A stretch of DNA of 62,852 bases, counting the filler, from Octopus bimaculoides (Eukaryota): the NCBI RefSeq assembly GCF_001194135.2. It is 4 parts of 4 records of this genome, joined end to end, with 100 filler letters (N's around TTAATTAATTAA, not from the genome) between each part and the next. Parts side by side here need not be neighbours in the genome. Positions count along the whole stretch, not along the records: positions 38,313 to 59,266 come from NC_068986.1; 3 more parts are not named here. The stretch is one strand, 5' to 3'. The notes below the pieces were generated by a model. It was not told where the DNA came from. It did not search any database and saw nothing but the letters and a program-made list of their open reading frames with translations. Both the position numbers and the translations under genes were made by a program. Of the stretch, positions 38,313 to 50,504 are shown one piece after another (position 1 is the stretch's first letter; each line of letters opens with the position of its first letter).

Positions 38313-38607
38313 TGCTTCATCAGAAATTGCCGTCCTAGCTCCTGCTGAAAGGGATTACCCTGCTATGTATAATCAGGGCAGCGCAAAAAGTTGTTTTGCA
38401 CAAGCATTTCTATAGCCAATTACACGGAAGAAATTTACGTATGCTTAATAATTTTACACAAAACAGCCTTCAGACTTTCCCTATTAATTTCATCGTCTTT
38501 TGAATTATGAACATATTTACATCATAAGGGTTTTTTCGTTGTAAGGCTTTCTTTTTTAGTTGATTTTCAGCTAGCAAGACTTATCGTAGATGGCATAATA
38601 AGTCACA

Positions 38608-38636
38608 CCCGGACAAGGTCGGGTTATACTGCTAGT
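38608..38636 (+). mobile_element. Helitron-type 3' terminus
   Basis: cccggacaaggtcggg hairpin, 8 nt, CTAG, T; same layout as the 41628-41655 terminus. Confidence 0.55.
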
Positions 38637-39667
38637 ATGTTATAAAGCCAACATAGCCCTATCAAAATGCAGGTGTTCTATATGACTTTAAGACTCTTTG
38701 TAATAATGTGACCACATGTTAGTTTCTAAATAATTTGTCACTAAACCAGCGAGTGATTGTCTCGTATCAAGAGATATAGTTAAATTTGGAAATATGAATT
38801 AATAAATGTATTTTACGTGTTTATTATTTCTTTATTGTATGTTGTTCGTGCTCTCGATTATGAGTCTTTCAGTATTTAATTCTGTGCTTCTATCTTCAGA
38901 GTTTCAACAGATTTTCTTCGTCTTCATTATCTACATGATCAGTAAAATAAGTAACAGTCATGTATATACCTGTTCTTTAAAATTTTACATCATTGAACCC
39001 ATGTTTAATTGCTCGAGTTTCCATCGTTAGAGGTAATTATCCTCTAGTGATCATATTTTGCCTAAGCAGAGTACCTAGGATACCTATCACCGGAAAATCG
39101 AAACTAACTACAGATTTGTCACCTTCGCTATAGTATTCACCTCATTTTATTGTAAGAAATCATTATTTAATAAATACCTTTTAGTTTATTACAGTTTAAT
39201 TGTTCTTCACAGATTAACAATTGTAATTATCATTGTACATAACCAATTTTTAGGATATTACAGAATACTTATTCCCGTACGTTTACTGGGAATGTTGCAT
39301 TTATTTTTTTTTAAATCTTTTACAAATATATACAGTTGATGACAAAGGAAAATGTATTTAAGGATTCTTCTGCGTGAAGAACTTGTAGTTAAGTGCAGGT
39401 TATTGAAAATTGTTTTCGATCCGTTGCATAAAGTTTAATTAAAAGAAATAACCATAATGAGAAATCAGTAGTGTTAATAAAAATTCATCTTAAAGGAGAT
39501 ATCTCCGAAATTTCAACTGACAAAAACTAAATGGTGTTATGTTGTTGGGAGAGTGAGTCGTAGTTACACCCATGAATATATGTTTTGGTGTTATTGGATC
39601 ACTGTTGAAACATTGCCAACCTCGTAGCTACCAAACGACAAAATGATTAGACGAGCGCGTAATTTTC

Positions 39668-39672
<5 letters not shown>

Positions 39673-39757
<85 letters not shown>
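39673..39757. repeat. (GT)n microsatellite
   Basis: Seen directly. Confidence 0.95.
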
Positions 39758-39760
<3 letters not shown>

Positions 39761-40214
39761 TGAGTATGTGTGTGTGTGAGAGAGAAAGAAAATAATTCAC
39801 TTAGGCAGTTTCAAATAATAAATTCTTACATAAGCAAAACCAGGAAGATCTGTATGAGGAGTCAGTCAGTTACATCGATACCAGTACTTGATTGATATTA
39901 ATTTAATCGACGAAAGGATGAAGGTAAAGTTGACTTGAAACTTAGCACGTAAAGTATTCATAACAAAACCCCGCAAGGCATTTTTCCCTGCACTCAACGT
40001 TTCTGCTATTCCACTGTCCTAGGACAATTCACAATTAGGACATTAACTATTAAGCAAATCAGACTCAGACTCCTCCCTGCTCATATCGCCATTTAACTTT
40101 TAGTAAAATGTAACTTCGAAGTTGTTTCTCTTACCTTTTGCAATGAATTTCCTAAGGGCTTTTACTCCCTTTTAATTTAAAAAAGGATAAAAGGTCCTTC
40201 AAGTGTCATAGTAT

Positions 40215-40445
40215 CCTAAGGACGGTTTTCCAGGATACTGTGTCGTAATACCCATCCCCCCTTTCGTATTCCCGGACTGGACGCTAGTCTCTTGCAGGAT
40301 AACAGCTGAGCGAATTGGAGCAATGTGAAATAAAGTGCTTTGCTCAAGAACACAACGAATTGCTCAAGAACACAACGAATTGCTCGGTCCAGGAATTGAA
40401 ACCACACTCTTACGATTATAAGTACAATACCCTAACCACTAAGAT
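40215..40445 (-). mobile_element. tRNA-derived SINE (fourth family) with an internal 20-bp tandem duplication
   Basis: Reverse-strand head ttagtggttagggtattg...ggtttcaattcc; core tgtgttcttgagcaaagcactttatttcac; duplicate tgctcaagaacacaacgaat at 40341-40380. Confidence 0.6.
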
Positions 40446-41123
40446 AGTGCCTCCAGATTATTTTAATTGATTACAATTATTTTCGGTTATCTACAGTTAA
40501 GTTGAGCTATTGCCGCTCATCTTATACCTATTGTCCAAGTTAGGAGACTGGGAACTGAGCAGTTAGCTTCCATGGAGAAAGTTGCTGTTCCTTATTTTGT
40601 TTTTGCTTACAATTAAAATATATTCCTCATTAATACCTAGAGCTTAATATGGCTATTTTTAACGAAGATCACACTGGCAAATTTCGCATTTCGATGGTTC
40701 AGGCTCAGAATATATATTCATATGACCCGTTTGTTTACATAGCAATGCAGCATAACTTTGAGATGCAAGAGAGAAATTTCCTCAATCCCGACGACACAAA
40801 TTTCAACTGAAAAAACCTCGAGTAAGCATAGCCGCAAAACTGTTAGTAAAAATTAAAACCACACAAATTCAGTTTTGTAGACAGATGTGACACAACATCG
40901 ATTACCAATAGTTACAAATAAGGAGGAATAAGGTCGAACATGACACCATGTAGTTGTTTTCATAAGATTATTTATAATTTTTATTCGCAGTTAACGTTTA
41001 TGCTTATTAAATTAAATTTATTGTTCGCTAATGGAGAGATGTGAATTCGTGTCCCACGGAAATTATCATACGCGTTATCATCTTGTTTATCGCTTTGTTT
41101 CAATAATGTGTGTTACTGTGTGT

Positions 41124-41170
<47 letters not shown>

Positions 41171-41627
41171 TAGAGTATATCTTTATTTATTTTCATTAAA
41201 AATTGATGCTAGATTTCTGCTTGTCTACGCTTCACCACCAACCAACAATTTTATATACTTATCTATAAAAGTTATATACTGGGATTTAAATGAACAAGAC
41301 GACGTGGCGGTTATCATATTATTTGAAGGTTGTGTTCTTATCTTCTCTGTTGCAAATTGACTGGGTCAGAGATTAAACAACATCTACCTACGACACAAAT
41401 CAACACAGCACTAGTGATAAGATAAAATTTCACAACTCTTCTAATTATAACCAACTACCTAATCTAAAGTGATTGGTCCGCCATGCACAGGGAAGAAATA
41501 ACTCGTGAAATACTTGAGAGATTAATGCAGAAGTTACGAATGATTATTCCCACTTTTAGACAAACGTTGAATATGGTGGAGTATACTATTTGCGCGTTGA
41601 ATAAATGACCAAGTTAAATTATATAAA

Positions 41628-42600
41628 CTAGCAGAGATACCCGGCGTTGCTCGGGATTAAAATGGCATAGTTTGTATACAGTTATGCTGAAACGGGTGAT
41701 ACGAGGAAGTGCAGCATTGACGACAAAATATTTGTGGTATAAATAATAGGCTAATTCGACTAAGCGATATGTCATGCGTCCGTTTGGAGTATTCCAGGCA
41801 CTAACCTGTCATGGAAAATTGTGGGTGGGGGTATGTGATTTTTGAACGCACCGCAAAGCTGTTAGTGGATATACTCTCCTTTGCGGCGGCGGTCGGCGCT
41901 GCGTCTAACACGACCCATCATCTGAAGTTTTGACACCTCCTTCGTGTTTGTTGTCTTACATCACTCATAAAGTAAATTTGGAGGAACTGTAGTTGTTCAT
42001 TTGTGGGTAACAGGGAAGCAGTGAGGTGATAGACTTACCCTTGAACTTCGAACGTCGGCGTAAATCCATATTCAGCTATCTCCTTAGATGCACCAAATGA
42101 TGTCATTTGAAATGCAGAGTTGTATTGTCTGATATTGTTCGGAAAAATTCTTTGACAGGATAGAAGTGCCTTCTAGAAGATCCATAAGAAGTTGAGGAGG
42201 AGCTGGTAGAGCTGGCACTCTTACCTTACCGCCTGAGCAGCGCATACCAATAGTTTCATTCGGAAATTTTAAAGCCTTACAGAAATAACAATTTCGAGTT
42301 TAGCACACCAATTTGGACAAAATTATCATTTTTATAAGAATGGGATGGATCATATCTGAAAGCAGCTCCAGGGGTTGTGAAGAACGAATTTGAGAAGAAC
42401 GAATTTGAGCTTTTCTATTGGACCTCTGTCTAATCCTGAAAACGCTGTTTTAATGATTCAGTATTAAGTGCTGCAGCAGGCCTTTGCTGATCTTGAGAAG
42501 GTCTCATCTCGCTTCTGTCTTTAGACTCCATTTGATGTGCTGCTGCATAGGTAGTTACGACTGCATCGATAGCAACAGTTCAAAGTTGAAAACAGTGTAT
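41628..42600 (-). mobile_element. Internally deleted Helitron: RepHel N-terminal fragment joined to an intact 3' terminus
   Basis: Minus strand AFRYDP...CYFCKALKFPNETIGMRCSGGKV...PPQLLMDLL, frameshift, NIRQYNSAFQMTSFGA...PTFEVQG*VYHLTASLLP..QFLQIYF; terminus cccgagcaacgccggg-tatctctg-CTAG|T ending at 41628. Confidence 0.85.
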
Positions 42601-44081
42601 TATTAGCAACAGGATTCCTAATGGCATCCAATTCCGCGTGAGTTGATTCTAGCTTTCAGTCCTTCAGAACTTTTTTAAAAAATGTACCGACAAGTAAAAA
42701 ACTTGGGTTGATTCAATGGATTTTACCTCCCCTCAAAAATACAATTATTAAATGTTTCCTCCACTTACTGTGTAAGTTCAAATTCTTGCATTACCCTTGG
42801 TTTGATTCCGATAAAACATCCGGATGTATTTACCCAAAAGGATCAACTAGAGTCTAAACTCTATTCAATATCTTCAATAGGATAAAGAGTTTTATAATCT
42901 AACATACAACTTCAACAACCACGATGATTCATCGGTTGGCCCCAGGCTTAGTGGCATGAACGTGATGAGAAAATGAAGTCTGCCTTGATATGACATGAAT
43001 TTTCTCGGAATATTAGTGATTCATTATACAAGACTACTTGTTTTCATTTAGCTCTCCTTTTTTAAGTTACTACATTCACCACTATTTCTTTTTACAATTT
43101 CGCCGAGTTTGTTTGTTTGTATTACGAATAATCCAGTTTAGACGATTATGGCTATCTTTATCATCACTCCTGACATTCCCTGTTCCAGTTGCCGGTTGTA
43201 ACCATTAAACCTATCATTTTTAAAGGGTTAGTTCAAATTTATCAGTGGCTATATTCGAACTACTGTTACTACTAGAGTTCCTACGTTCATTTAGCTTATC
43301 TTTCTTTCTGTTGAGGGTGTTTCTGTGTCCGTTGGCCCAATATTATCACACGTGTTATGATAAAATTCCTTATATTCTTTTCAATTATTGCTGGAATATC
43401 TTCTTCTGTTATATGTGTACTTATACATACACGAACACACAAACACACGTGTATGTATGTATAGTAGAATAAGAAATATAGTAGAATAAGAAATATAGTA
43501 GAATAAGAAGTAGAAAGTCCTTGGTACAATATTATATATTTGAAAATATGAATAGAAATGGTTTTTCTGATAATTTTCCCCACTTTACTAATTAGATGTT
43601 TACAAAAGGTGACTCTGACAGGAGTTTCTCGCTTAAAAGTGGTCTTGAAACTGATATTTTAGAGTTTGTTATCCACTGTATACGTAAGGCTGTTTAACTG
43701 TCAGATTCAGTAAAAAGTAAGCAACGTTTTGAACCATGAAGAATTTGTACCGAATCTTGCAGAATTTTTAATTTTTAAAAAACATTTTTTTTGCAGTTGT
43801 CTGATAATACAGACATAGACTAGCCCAAACGCATCAGTAAATTAACATTGATATTTTTTTTTACCGTTATTACAGTCATCTGTTTTGGGTTTTTTTTGGT
43901 TATTGGAGATTTGATTAATTGTTTGCAGGACTCATTGTTATTGTTCTACTGTTATAGCCATTAGGTAGTTAATTAACAGCTTGAACTATTGTTGTTGTTA
44001 CCCTCCCCTTGGGGGAAGGATTTGTATAAACTGAATTTTTTACTTCATTGTAGAGGGAACTTATTAATTTTGAGTGCCACC

Positions 44082-45562
44082 ATGGCGTCAACTGCGGAAG
44101 CAGTAGCCACGCCGACACCTATGAATTATGCCGCTGCTGTTGGTCAACAACAGGAATTATTACCTTGAAAAAGGCTGAAATTCAACTTTTGTTTGGTAAA
44201 ATAACAGAAAGCGACGGGGAAAGTAACCCCCTACATGAAATAACTACCTGCAGACGGGAAAGAACCGTAATCTACAAAACTTTCTGCTTGAAAAACAAGG
44301 TGATACGGTTCGAGGAGGAAGATATGGAAGAGTGCCTTGGGTCAGTAATGAAGGATATTGCCTTCCTGACCCAAGGTAACAAGTACGCAACAGTCGAAGC
44401 AAGGTTCGAGTCGGCTGAAAAGGCTAAGGAATATTCCGCTCGGACCTTGCAGAATGACAAAATGACATTGTTGCCACTATATCTGGGACGCAGGACGTCT
44501 CGGGTAAAAATTATGAATATCCCTCCTGATGTTGAGGTAGCATGGGTTGTTGCTATACTCTTCAATAGAGAAGAAAAACTGGAGGTAATCCAGATAAAAA
44601 GATATGTCTCCCAGAATTGGAGGGGACAATCTTTGGAAGTCCTTGTACAGGCTACACCTGAAGATTTAGAAGAGCTCCCTGATAGAATACAGGTTGCGGA
44701 GGAGGTAGCCTTAATTATAAATGTGGAAAGGAGAAAACCTCGGTGCTTACGGTGCGGAAGGAAGGGACATCAGAGGGCCGAGTGTGGGCCTCCCAAGAAA
44801 AAGGCGATAAGTGGGAAGAAGGAAGTTCTCTCCACCAACGAGAAAGCGGCAAAAGTGGAAGCTCTGGCTAAGAAGGCCATTACCCAAAGGGCTACCACCA
44901 GCAGTGTGACCAACAATGAGAAGGTGGTAGCCTCGACCAAGGAGGCCATTATCCAGAAGGCTACCACCTTTAATAACAAAGATGTAACAAATAATGAAAA
45001 GGTGGTAGCCCCGGCCAAGGAGGCCATTACCCAGAGGACTACCACCTGTAAAAAGTAACCAGTGAGGAGCAGGTGGTAGCCCTGGCCAAGGAGGCCATTA
45101 ACCAGGGGGATACCACCAGCAGCGGCGGGGCGGCGGGGCGGCGGCCCAGGAAGAGGATGACGAAATGGAGTTCCAGGTGGTCTCACGAAAAAGACCAAAA
45201 CGGTAACACCGGAAAAAAATAAACCCCTCTCAAAAAGGGAAAAGAAAATCCCAAAGGTGGCCAGAAAGGCCACAGCTGAAAAACTGATACAGGATAAAGG
45301 AACGACAGAAGAGGTGGCCTGGTACAGGCCACCAAACCTGTGGGAATGAAAAAAACCTGAAACGGTAGTGGTAATGTTTCGAAACACCAACCCTTATTTG
45401 GTGGACGTGATTGTGCCCAACCTGCAAACAAGAATCTTCCAGAGTGATGTTGAAGAAGGAGTCCTCACTTACGGAAGAATCTCAAGGAAGTTGTATACTG
45501 ATATGAAAAATGTGCACCCAAAAGACATTGCGGAGCTTGGGGTCACTCCAAAAAATAATTAA
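44082..45562 (+). pseudogene. Unit 1 ORF1 (RNA-binding region + zinc knuckle), frameshifted
   Basis: ATG 44082 MASTAEAV..NYAAAV, frameshift near 44160 into ORF 44165-45058 with CLRCGRKGHQRAEC (CX2CX4HX4C); further shift near 45055; probable C-terminus ...VTPKNN* at 45560-45562. Confidence 0.75.
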
Positions 45563-45676
45563 CCCGCCGGTTGAACCAAGTATGGAAAGAGGGTGGCGCG
45601 GTTAACTCGATCACTCTCAGGCATATTCCTTGGGAAAGGTAAGCCGTTTTTTTTTTCGTTTTTTTTTCTTTGAGAG

Positions 45677-48556
45677 ATGGCTACACTTAGTATAGCCTGT
45701 TTGAATGTGCGTGGCCTGGCTTCGAAGTAGAAGCAGGCTTGTTTCCTCAACGACCTCAGGTCACATAGGATAGATGTGATGGTCGCTACAGAGACCAAGT
45801 TGGACAAGCTGCAGTCCTTCTCGTCCCTCCTGAATGGATATGAGAAAGTCATGTCTCCTAATCAGACCGGAGGACGTGGAGAGGTTGAAGTTTTGCTCCG
45901 GAAAAACATGGCTCAGCAGAAAAGTATAATCTTTGCAGACCCAGAAGGCGAGCTGGTCGTTCTAGATCTGACATTTGGTGGTAAAGTTTTCAGTTTGATT
46001 GGCATTTACGCGCCTACGACCGTAGGCAAACGGAATGACTTTTATCTGCGCCTGGAGAATTTTTTTGTGACGTCAAAGACAATTGTAGTGTTAGGAGATT
46101 TAAACGCTGTCCTCGACGCACGTAGGGACAGCGTAGGCTCGACTAATAGGACAAGTTACTCTCACCTTGTCGGTCTGCTTAAGCGATATAGGCTGGCAGA
46201 TCGATTCAGATTGGATTATCTGAGCGTTCCAACGTGGACTTGGAGTAATAACGTTGGATCAATCCGGTCTTATATAGATAAAATTATAGTTAATATTAGA
46301 GATAGGACTAACTTTAGCTGTCCCCAATTCACTTATGTATCCTACACGGATCACAAATTAGTGACGTGTAGGATGCAGATAGATAAGGTACATAGACAAG
46401 GATCTGGTTACTGGAAGTTGAACAAGTCTCTTTTGGCTTATAAAACTTACCAGGACCAGATTAGGCTGTTAGTTCAGAGGGCATTGACTGGCACCGTGTT
46501 GAATAACCGATGGTGGCTTGCCCTCAAAAGAGCCATTCGCTTTGAATCTCTTAGATTTAGCAAGCAGTTAAGTCTAGAGCAGAATAGGGTAGAAGGGCAT
46601 TTAATTAAGGCTTTAGAAGAGGCGTTNNNNNNNNNNNNNNNNNNNNNNNNNNNNNNNNNNNNNNNNNNNNNNNNNNNNNNNNNNNNNNNNNNNNNNNNNN
46701 NNNNNNNNNNNNNNNNNNNNNNNNNNNNNNNNNNNNNNNNNNNNNNNNNNNNNNNNNNNNNNNNNNNNNNNNNNNNNNNNNNNNNNNNNNNNNNNNNNNN
46801 NNNNNNNNNNNNNNNNNNNNNNNNNNNNNNNNNNNNNNNNNNNNNNNNNNNNNNNNNNNNNNNNNNNNNNNNNNNNNNNNNNNNNNNNNNNNNNNNNNNN
46901 NNNNNNNNNNNNNNNNNNNNNNNNNNNNNNNNNNNNNNNNNNNNNNNNNNNNNNNNNNNNNNNNNNNNNNNNNNNNNNNNNNNNNNNNNNNNNNNNNNNN
47001 NNNNNNNNNNNNNNNNNNNNNNNNNNNNNNNNNNNNNNNNNNNNNNNNNNNNNNNNNNNNNNNNNNNNNNNNNNNNNNNNNNNNNNNNNNNNNNNNNNNN
47101 NNNNNNNNNNNNNNNNNNNNNNNNNNNNNNNNNNNNNNNNNNNNNNNNNNNNNNNNNNNNNNNNNNNNNNNNNNNNNNNNNNNNNNNNNNNNNNNNNNNN
47201 NNNNNNNNNNNNNNNNNNNNNNNNNNNNNNNNNNNNNNNNNNNNNNNNNNNNNNNNNNNNNNNNNNNNNNNNNNNNNNNNNNNNNNNNNNNNNNNNNNNN
47301 NNNNNNNNNNNNNNNNNNNNNNNNNNNNNNNNNNNNNNNNNNNNNNNNNNNNNNNNNNNNNNNNNNNNNNNNNNNNNNNNNNNNNNNNNNNNNNNNNNNN
47401 NNNNNNNNNNNNNNNNNNNNNNNNNNNNNNNNNNNNNNNNNNNNNNNNNNNNNNNNNNNNNNNNNNNNNNNNNNNNNNNNNNNNNNNNNNNNNNNNNNNN
47501 NNNNNNNNNNNNNNNNNNNNNNNNNNNNNNNNNNNNNNNNNNNNNNNNNNNNNNNNNNNNNNNNNNNGGATCAGCGCTATGTATAGCAACATCGAGTCTG
47601 TGATCCGGGTGAACGGTTTTATCGAAGCCGTTTGCGATCGAGCGTTCGGTTCGACAGGGTTGTCCTCTGTCTCCGCTTCTGTACGTACTGGCTTTTGAGC
47701 CATTGCTGCGGAGGTTAGAGACGGCTGGGGTTAGGGTGGGTTAGGGATGCCTTGGCTGATGATGAACGGGTGTGGTCTCCGCACGTCAAGTTCTTCTTTC
47801 CGCAATTGGAGTCCCTGCGGGACTTGAGTCTATGGATCACGCGGAGACCTACAATGGGTGATTGACACAAGGAGTGCAGAAAGGCACTTACGCTGTTCTC
47901 TCGGGCGGGAAATACCGGCAACGATGCTATCACTGCGGACTTCTATAGCGGGTTAGCAGTGGCTAAGTCTAATGATGTCCTAGGGGAAACTCTAGGCTAT
48001 GATGAAGACCAATTAACCAGTCTCTTCTGTAGGACATTTGGGCCGGGGTACCTAGATAATTTCCAGAAATCCCTGGCTTGGTTGATTTATCGAAGGGCTT
48101 TACCAGTTCGAGAGAGGCAACCACGGCATGGTTTTGGCGTCCCTCCTACATGCCCGAGGTGCACGCGGGACAGTGAAACTCTTCCACATGCCTTCGTGAA
48201 TTGTGAGGAATTAAAGGGGCTAATTGCCTATGTCGAACGGCTGATGTCGGAAACAAAGAGTACAGCTGTCGGCTGAGTCTGTTATAAAGATTATACCACC
48301 TTCCTCCTTTAACAAGGAACGTAAGGTAAGTTTCTTCTGCATCGTGGCCACACTGAAAGACACAATATGGACGACGCATGGAAGAGGAATTGTGGCAAGT
48401 AAATTCATCTCCGGACGAGGGTTGATCAGTTATTTTAACTATCACCTGCGAAGTAAGATCCGTCTGGAGAGGAAGTTCCTGTCTCAAGGTGTGTTTCGAA
48501 AAAGATGGACGCCTGTAGTAAGAATGATGCGAGCGGAAGGTATCGAGCTGGCTTAG
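45677..48556 (+). pseudogene. Unit 1 ORF2 (APE endonuclease, RT, C-terminal Cys/His domain), with stop, gap and deletions
   Basis: MATLSIACLNVRGL, TAG at 45728, VATETK, IYAP, LGDLN, SYIDKI, TDHKLV, GYWKLN; after the gap SVRQG.PLS.LLYVLAFEPLL; C-terminal CPRC..SETLPHAFVNC. Confidence 0.9.
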
Positions 48557-48881
48557 CCGGTTCTGGAGGAAAAAAAAAGAAAAAAGAAGGAAAATAAAAG
48601 AGAAAACAACCAGCGGGTTGATTAGAACCCCACATCTATTTTTATATTCGATTTCGTCATTTTCTATATTCATCCCGATTTTTCATATTTTTTGAATTTT
48701 TAATTATGATTTCATTGTAACAAACGTTATGTGTTGTGGTGTCCATGTTCGTCCCCCTCTATGTTCGTCCTTTATGGACAAATAAAGAAAATATTACAAT
48801 CATCTGAAATGGAACTTTCAAAGCCAGATATTCGAGCAATTTGGCTATTCAATTTAGCAGCTAAAACTGCTCGCGAGTATC

Positions 48882-50149
48882 AACGAAACGTTCGCTCCGA
48901 ACCCTGTGACCTCTGTGATTTTTTGTGTGAAGGTGAGAGCTGTTGTGACTTTTTACTGTTAATACTATTGTTGAAGCGTCTCGCGCGTGTTGTTACTTGC
49001 TGCTGTTGTTTTTGTTCTTTTTCTCCCCATTGGGGGGGGGGGGGTGAAGAAAGGCGTAGCATTATGGTAAGCGTCAATAAAACTGCTGCAGCCAAGGCAG
49101 CTACACGTTAGAAGCCAGGAGGGTGCACATTAACAAAAGAAATAACGAAGGAGCTGTGCTTGGTGAAGAAAGAGGATAGCGCAATTAAGCTGGTCGCCGC
49201 TCAAGAGTCTACTGAAGAGAAAAGTGAGAAAACGGTGGTGTACCGCACGCAAGTGGTTACCACAAATAAAATTGAAAAACTGTCAGAGGAAGACGTGGAG
49301 GAATGCCTAGGAAGTATTATGAAAAAGGCAACATTCGTAAGCAGAGGAAGGAGATATGGCACAGTGAAGATGAGGTTTGAAACCAAAGAAGAGGCGGCCT
49401 CACACTTCGCAATTGTCCTGAGATCGGAAAAGGTAGTGCTGTTACCTATGTATAAGGGAAAACGCTGCATTCGGGTCAGGATAGCCAGGGTGCCACCTGA
49501 AATAAAGACGGAATGATTGATAGAGGCCATCCTAGCGACCACCGAAGATGAGCCAGAACACAGAGAGGTTGGAAGAAGAGATATGTTGAATTGTTGGGGA
49601 AGTGGAGTAGAGATGTGGCTCTTCGCCACATATAGAGGCTTCCCTACCAAGTAGAGATCGAAGGGTAAAATTCCCTGAATATAATAGTAGAGGGTCGCAG
49701 ACCCAATTGCTACATCCGCGGTGAAAGGGGGCGTATGAAATTGAAGTGCCCCAATATAATAAAAATAAGTAGAATGAGCCGATGCAGAGTGAGAAAGAGG
49801 TGACAGAAGGAGAAATGGAGATGCAAGGAAAGATGGAGAGAGAAACGGAAACGATAATAAATAAGAGCCGTGGGCAAGAGAAGGAAGAGGTAGAGGAAAA
49901 AACTAAAGCGACAAAAGAGGGGAGTGATGGGATCGTCAGCCCCAATAAGGCGATATCAAGGGAAGTGTTACAGAGAGCGATAACGGAAGCAGGGAAGGCG
50001 AACATAAAAGATATAGAGACGCCTGAAACACACGAAGTAGATAAGAATCCAGAGAGGAGACCAGAATGTGCGAAGTTCAGTGAGCATAAAGAAATCCTGA
50101 TTTTTTATACGAAATCAATAGAGGTAGAAAAGAAAATATCAAAGTGATA
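48882..50149 (+). mobile_element. L1/Tx1-like unit 2: 5' UTR + decayed ORF1, broken at an inversion junction
   Basis: 5' motif aacgaaacgttcgctccga; ATG 49064; EECLGSIMKKATFVSRGRRYGTVKMRFE homologous to unit 1 ORF1; VEGRRPNCYI..RG..KLKCP knuckle remnant. Confidence 0.8.
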
Positions 50150-50497
50150 TCTGTAACACTTCCCTTGATTTCGCCTTCTTTCTTCTCTTGGGGCTGACGA
50201 ACCCGCCACTCCCCTCTTTTTCCGCTTTCGTTTTTCCCTCTATCTCTTCCTTCTCTTGCTCATGGTTCTTATTTTGTTCCTTTTCCGTTTCTGCCTCCAT
50301 CTTTCCTTGAGTCTCCATTTCCCCTAACTCCTCTTTCTCACTCTGCATCGGCTCAGTTGGCTCATTTTTATATAAGGGGCACTTCAATTTCATATGCCCC
50401 CTTACACCGCAGATGTAGCAATTGGGTCTGCGACCCTCTACTATTATATTCATGGAATTTTCCCCTTCAATCTCCACTTGGTAGAGAAGCCAGTTTT
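50150..50497 (-). pseudogene. Second copy of unit-2-type ORF1 middle region (unit 2')
   Basis: IIVEGRRPNCYICGVRGHMKLKCP (CCHC intact); inverted relative to 49645-49975. Confidence 0.8.
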
Positions 50498-50504
50498 TTT
50501 CTAT

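Larger units (their letters stand above)
43830..48790 (+). mobile_element. L1/Tx1-like LINE, unit 1 (ORF1+ORF2, decayed); 5' boundary approximate
   Basis: T-rich 5' UTR, CCHC ORF1, APE-RT-CCHC ORF2, 3' UTR ending AATAAA (48781-48786) gaaaa. Confidence 0.9.

Noticed and set aside
34413-43515. Short perfect tandem duplications (15-mer x3 near 34413-34460, 15-mer x2 at 42379-42408, 17-mer about x2.5 near 43463-43510)
   Set aside because: Ordinary slippage-type duplications with no further structure
44076-44085. Perfect GCCACCATGG Kozak as a host gene start
   Set aside because: It is the LINE ORF1 start and is frameshifted after 28 codons
47727-47746. GGGTTAGGGTGGGTTAGGG as telomere healing
   Set aside because: Explained by the GGLG codons of ORF2 and a deletion junction; too short
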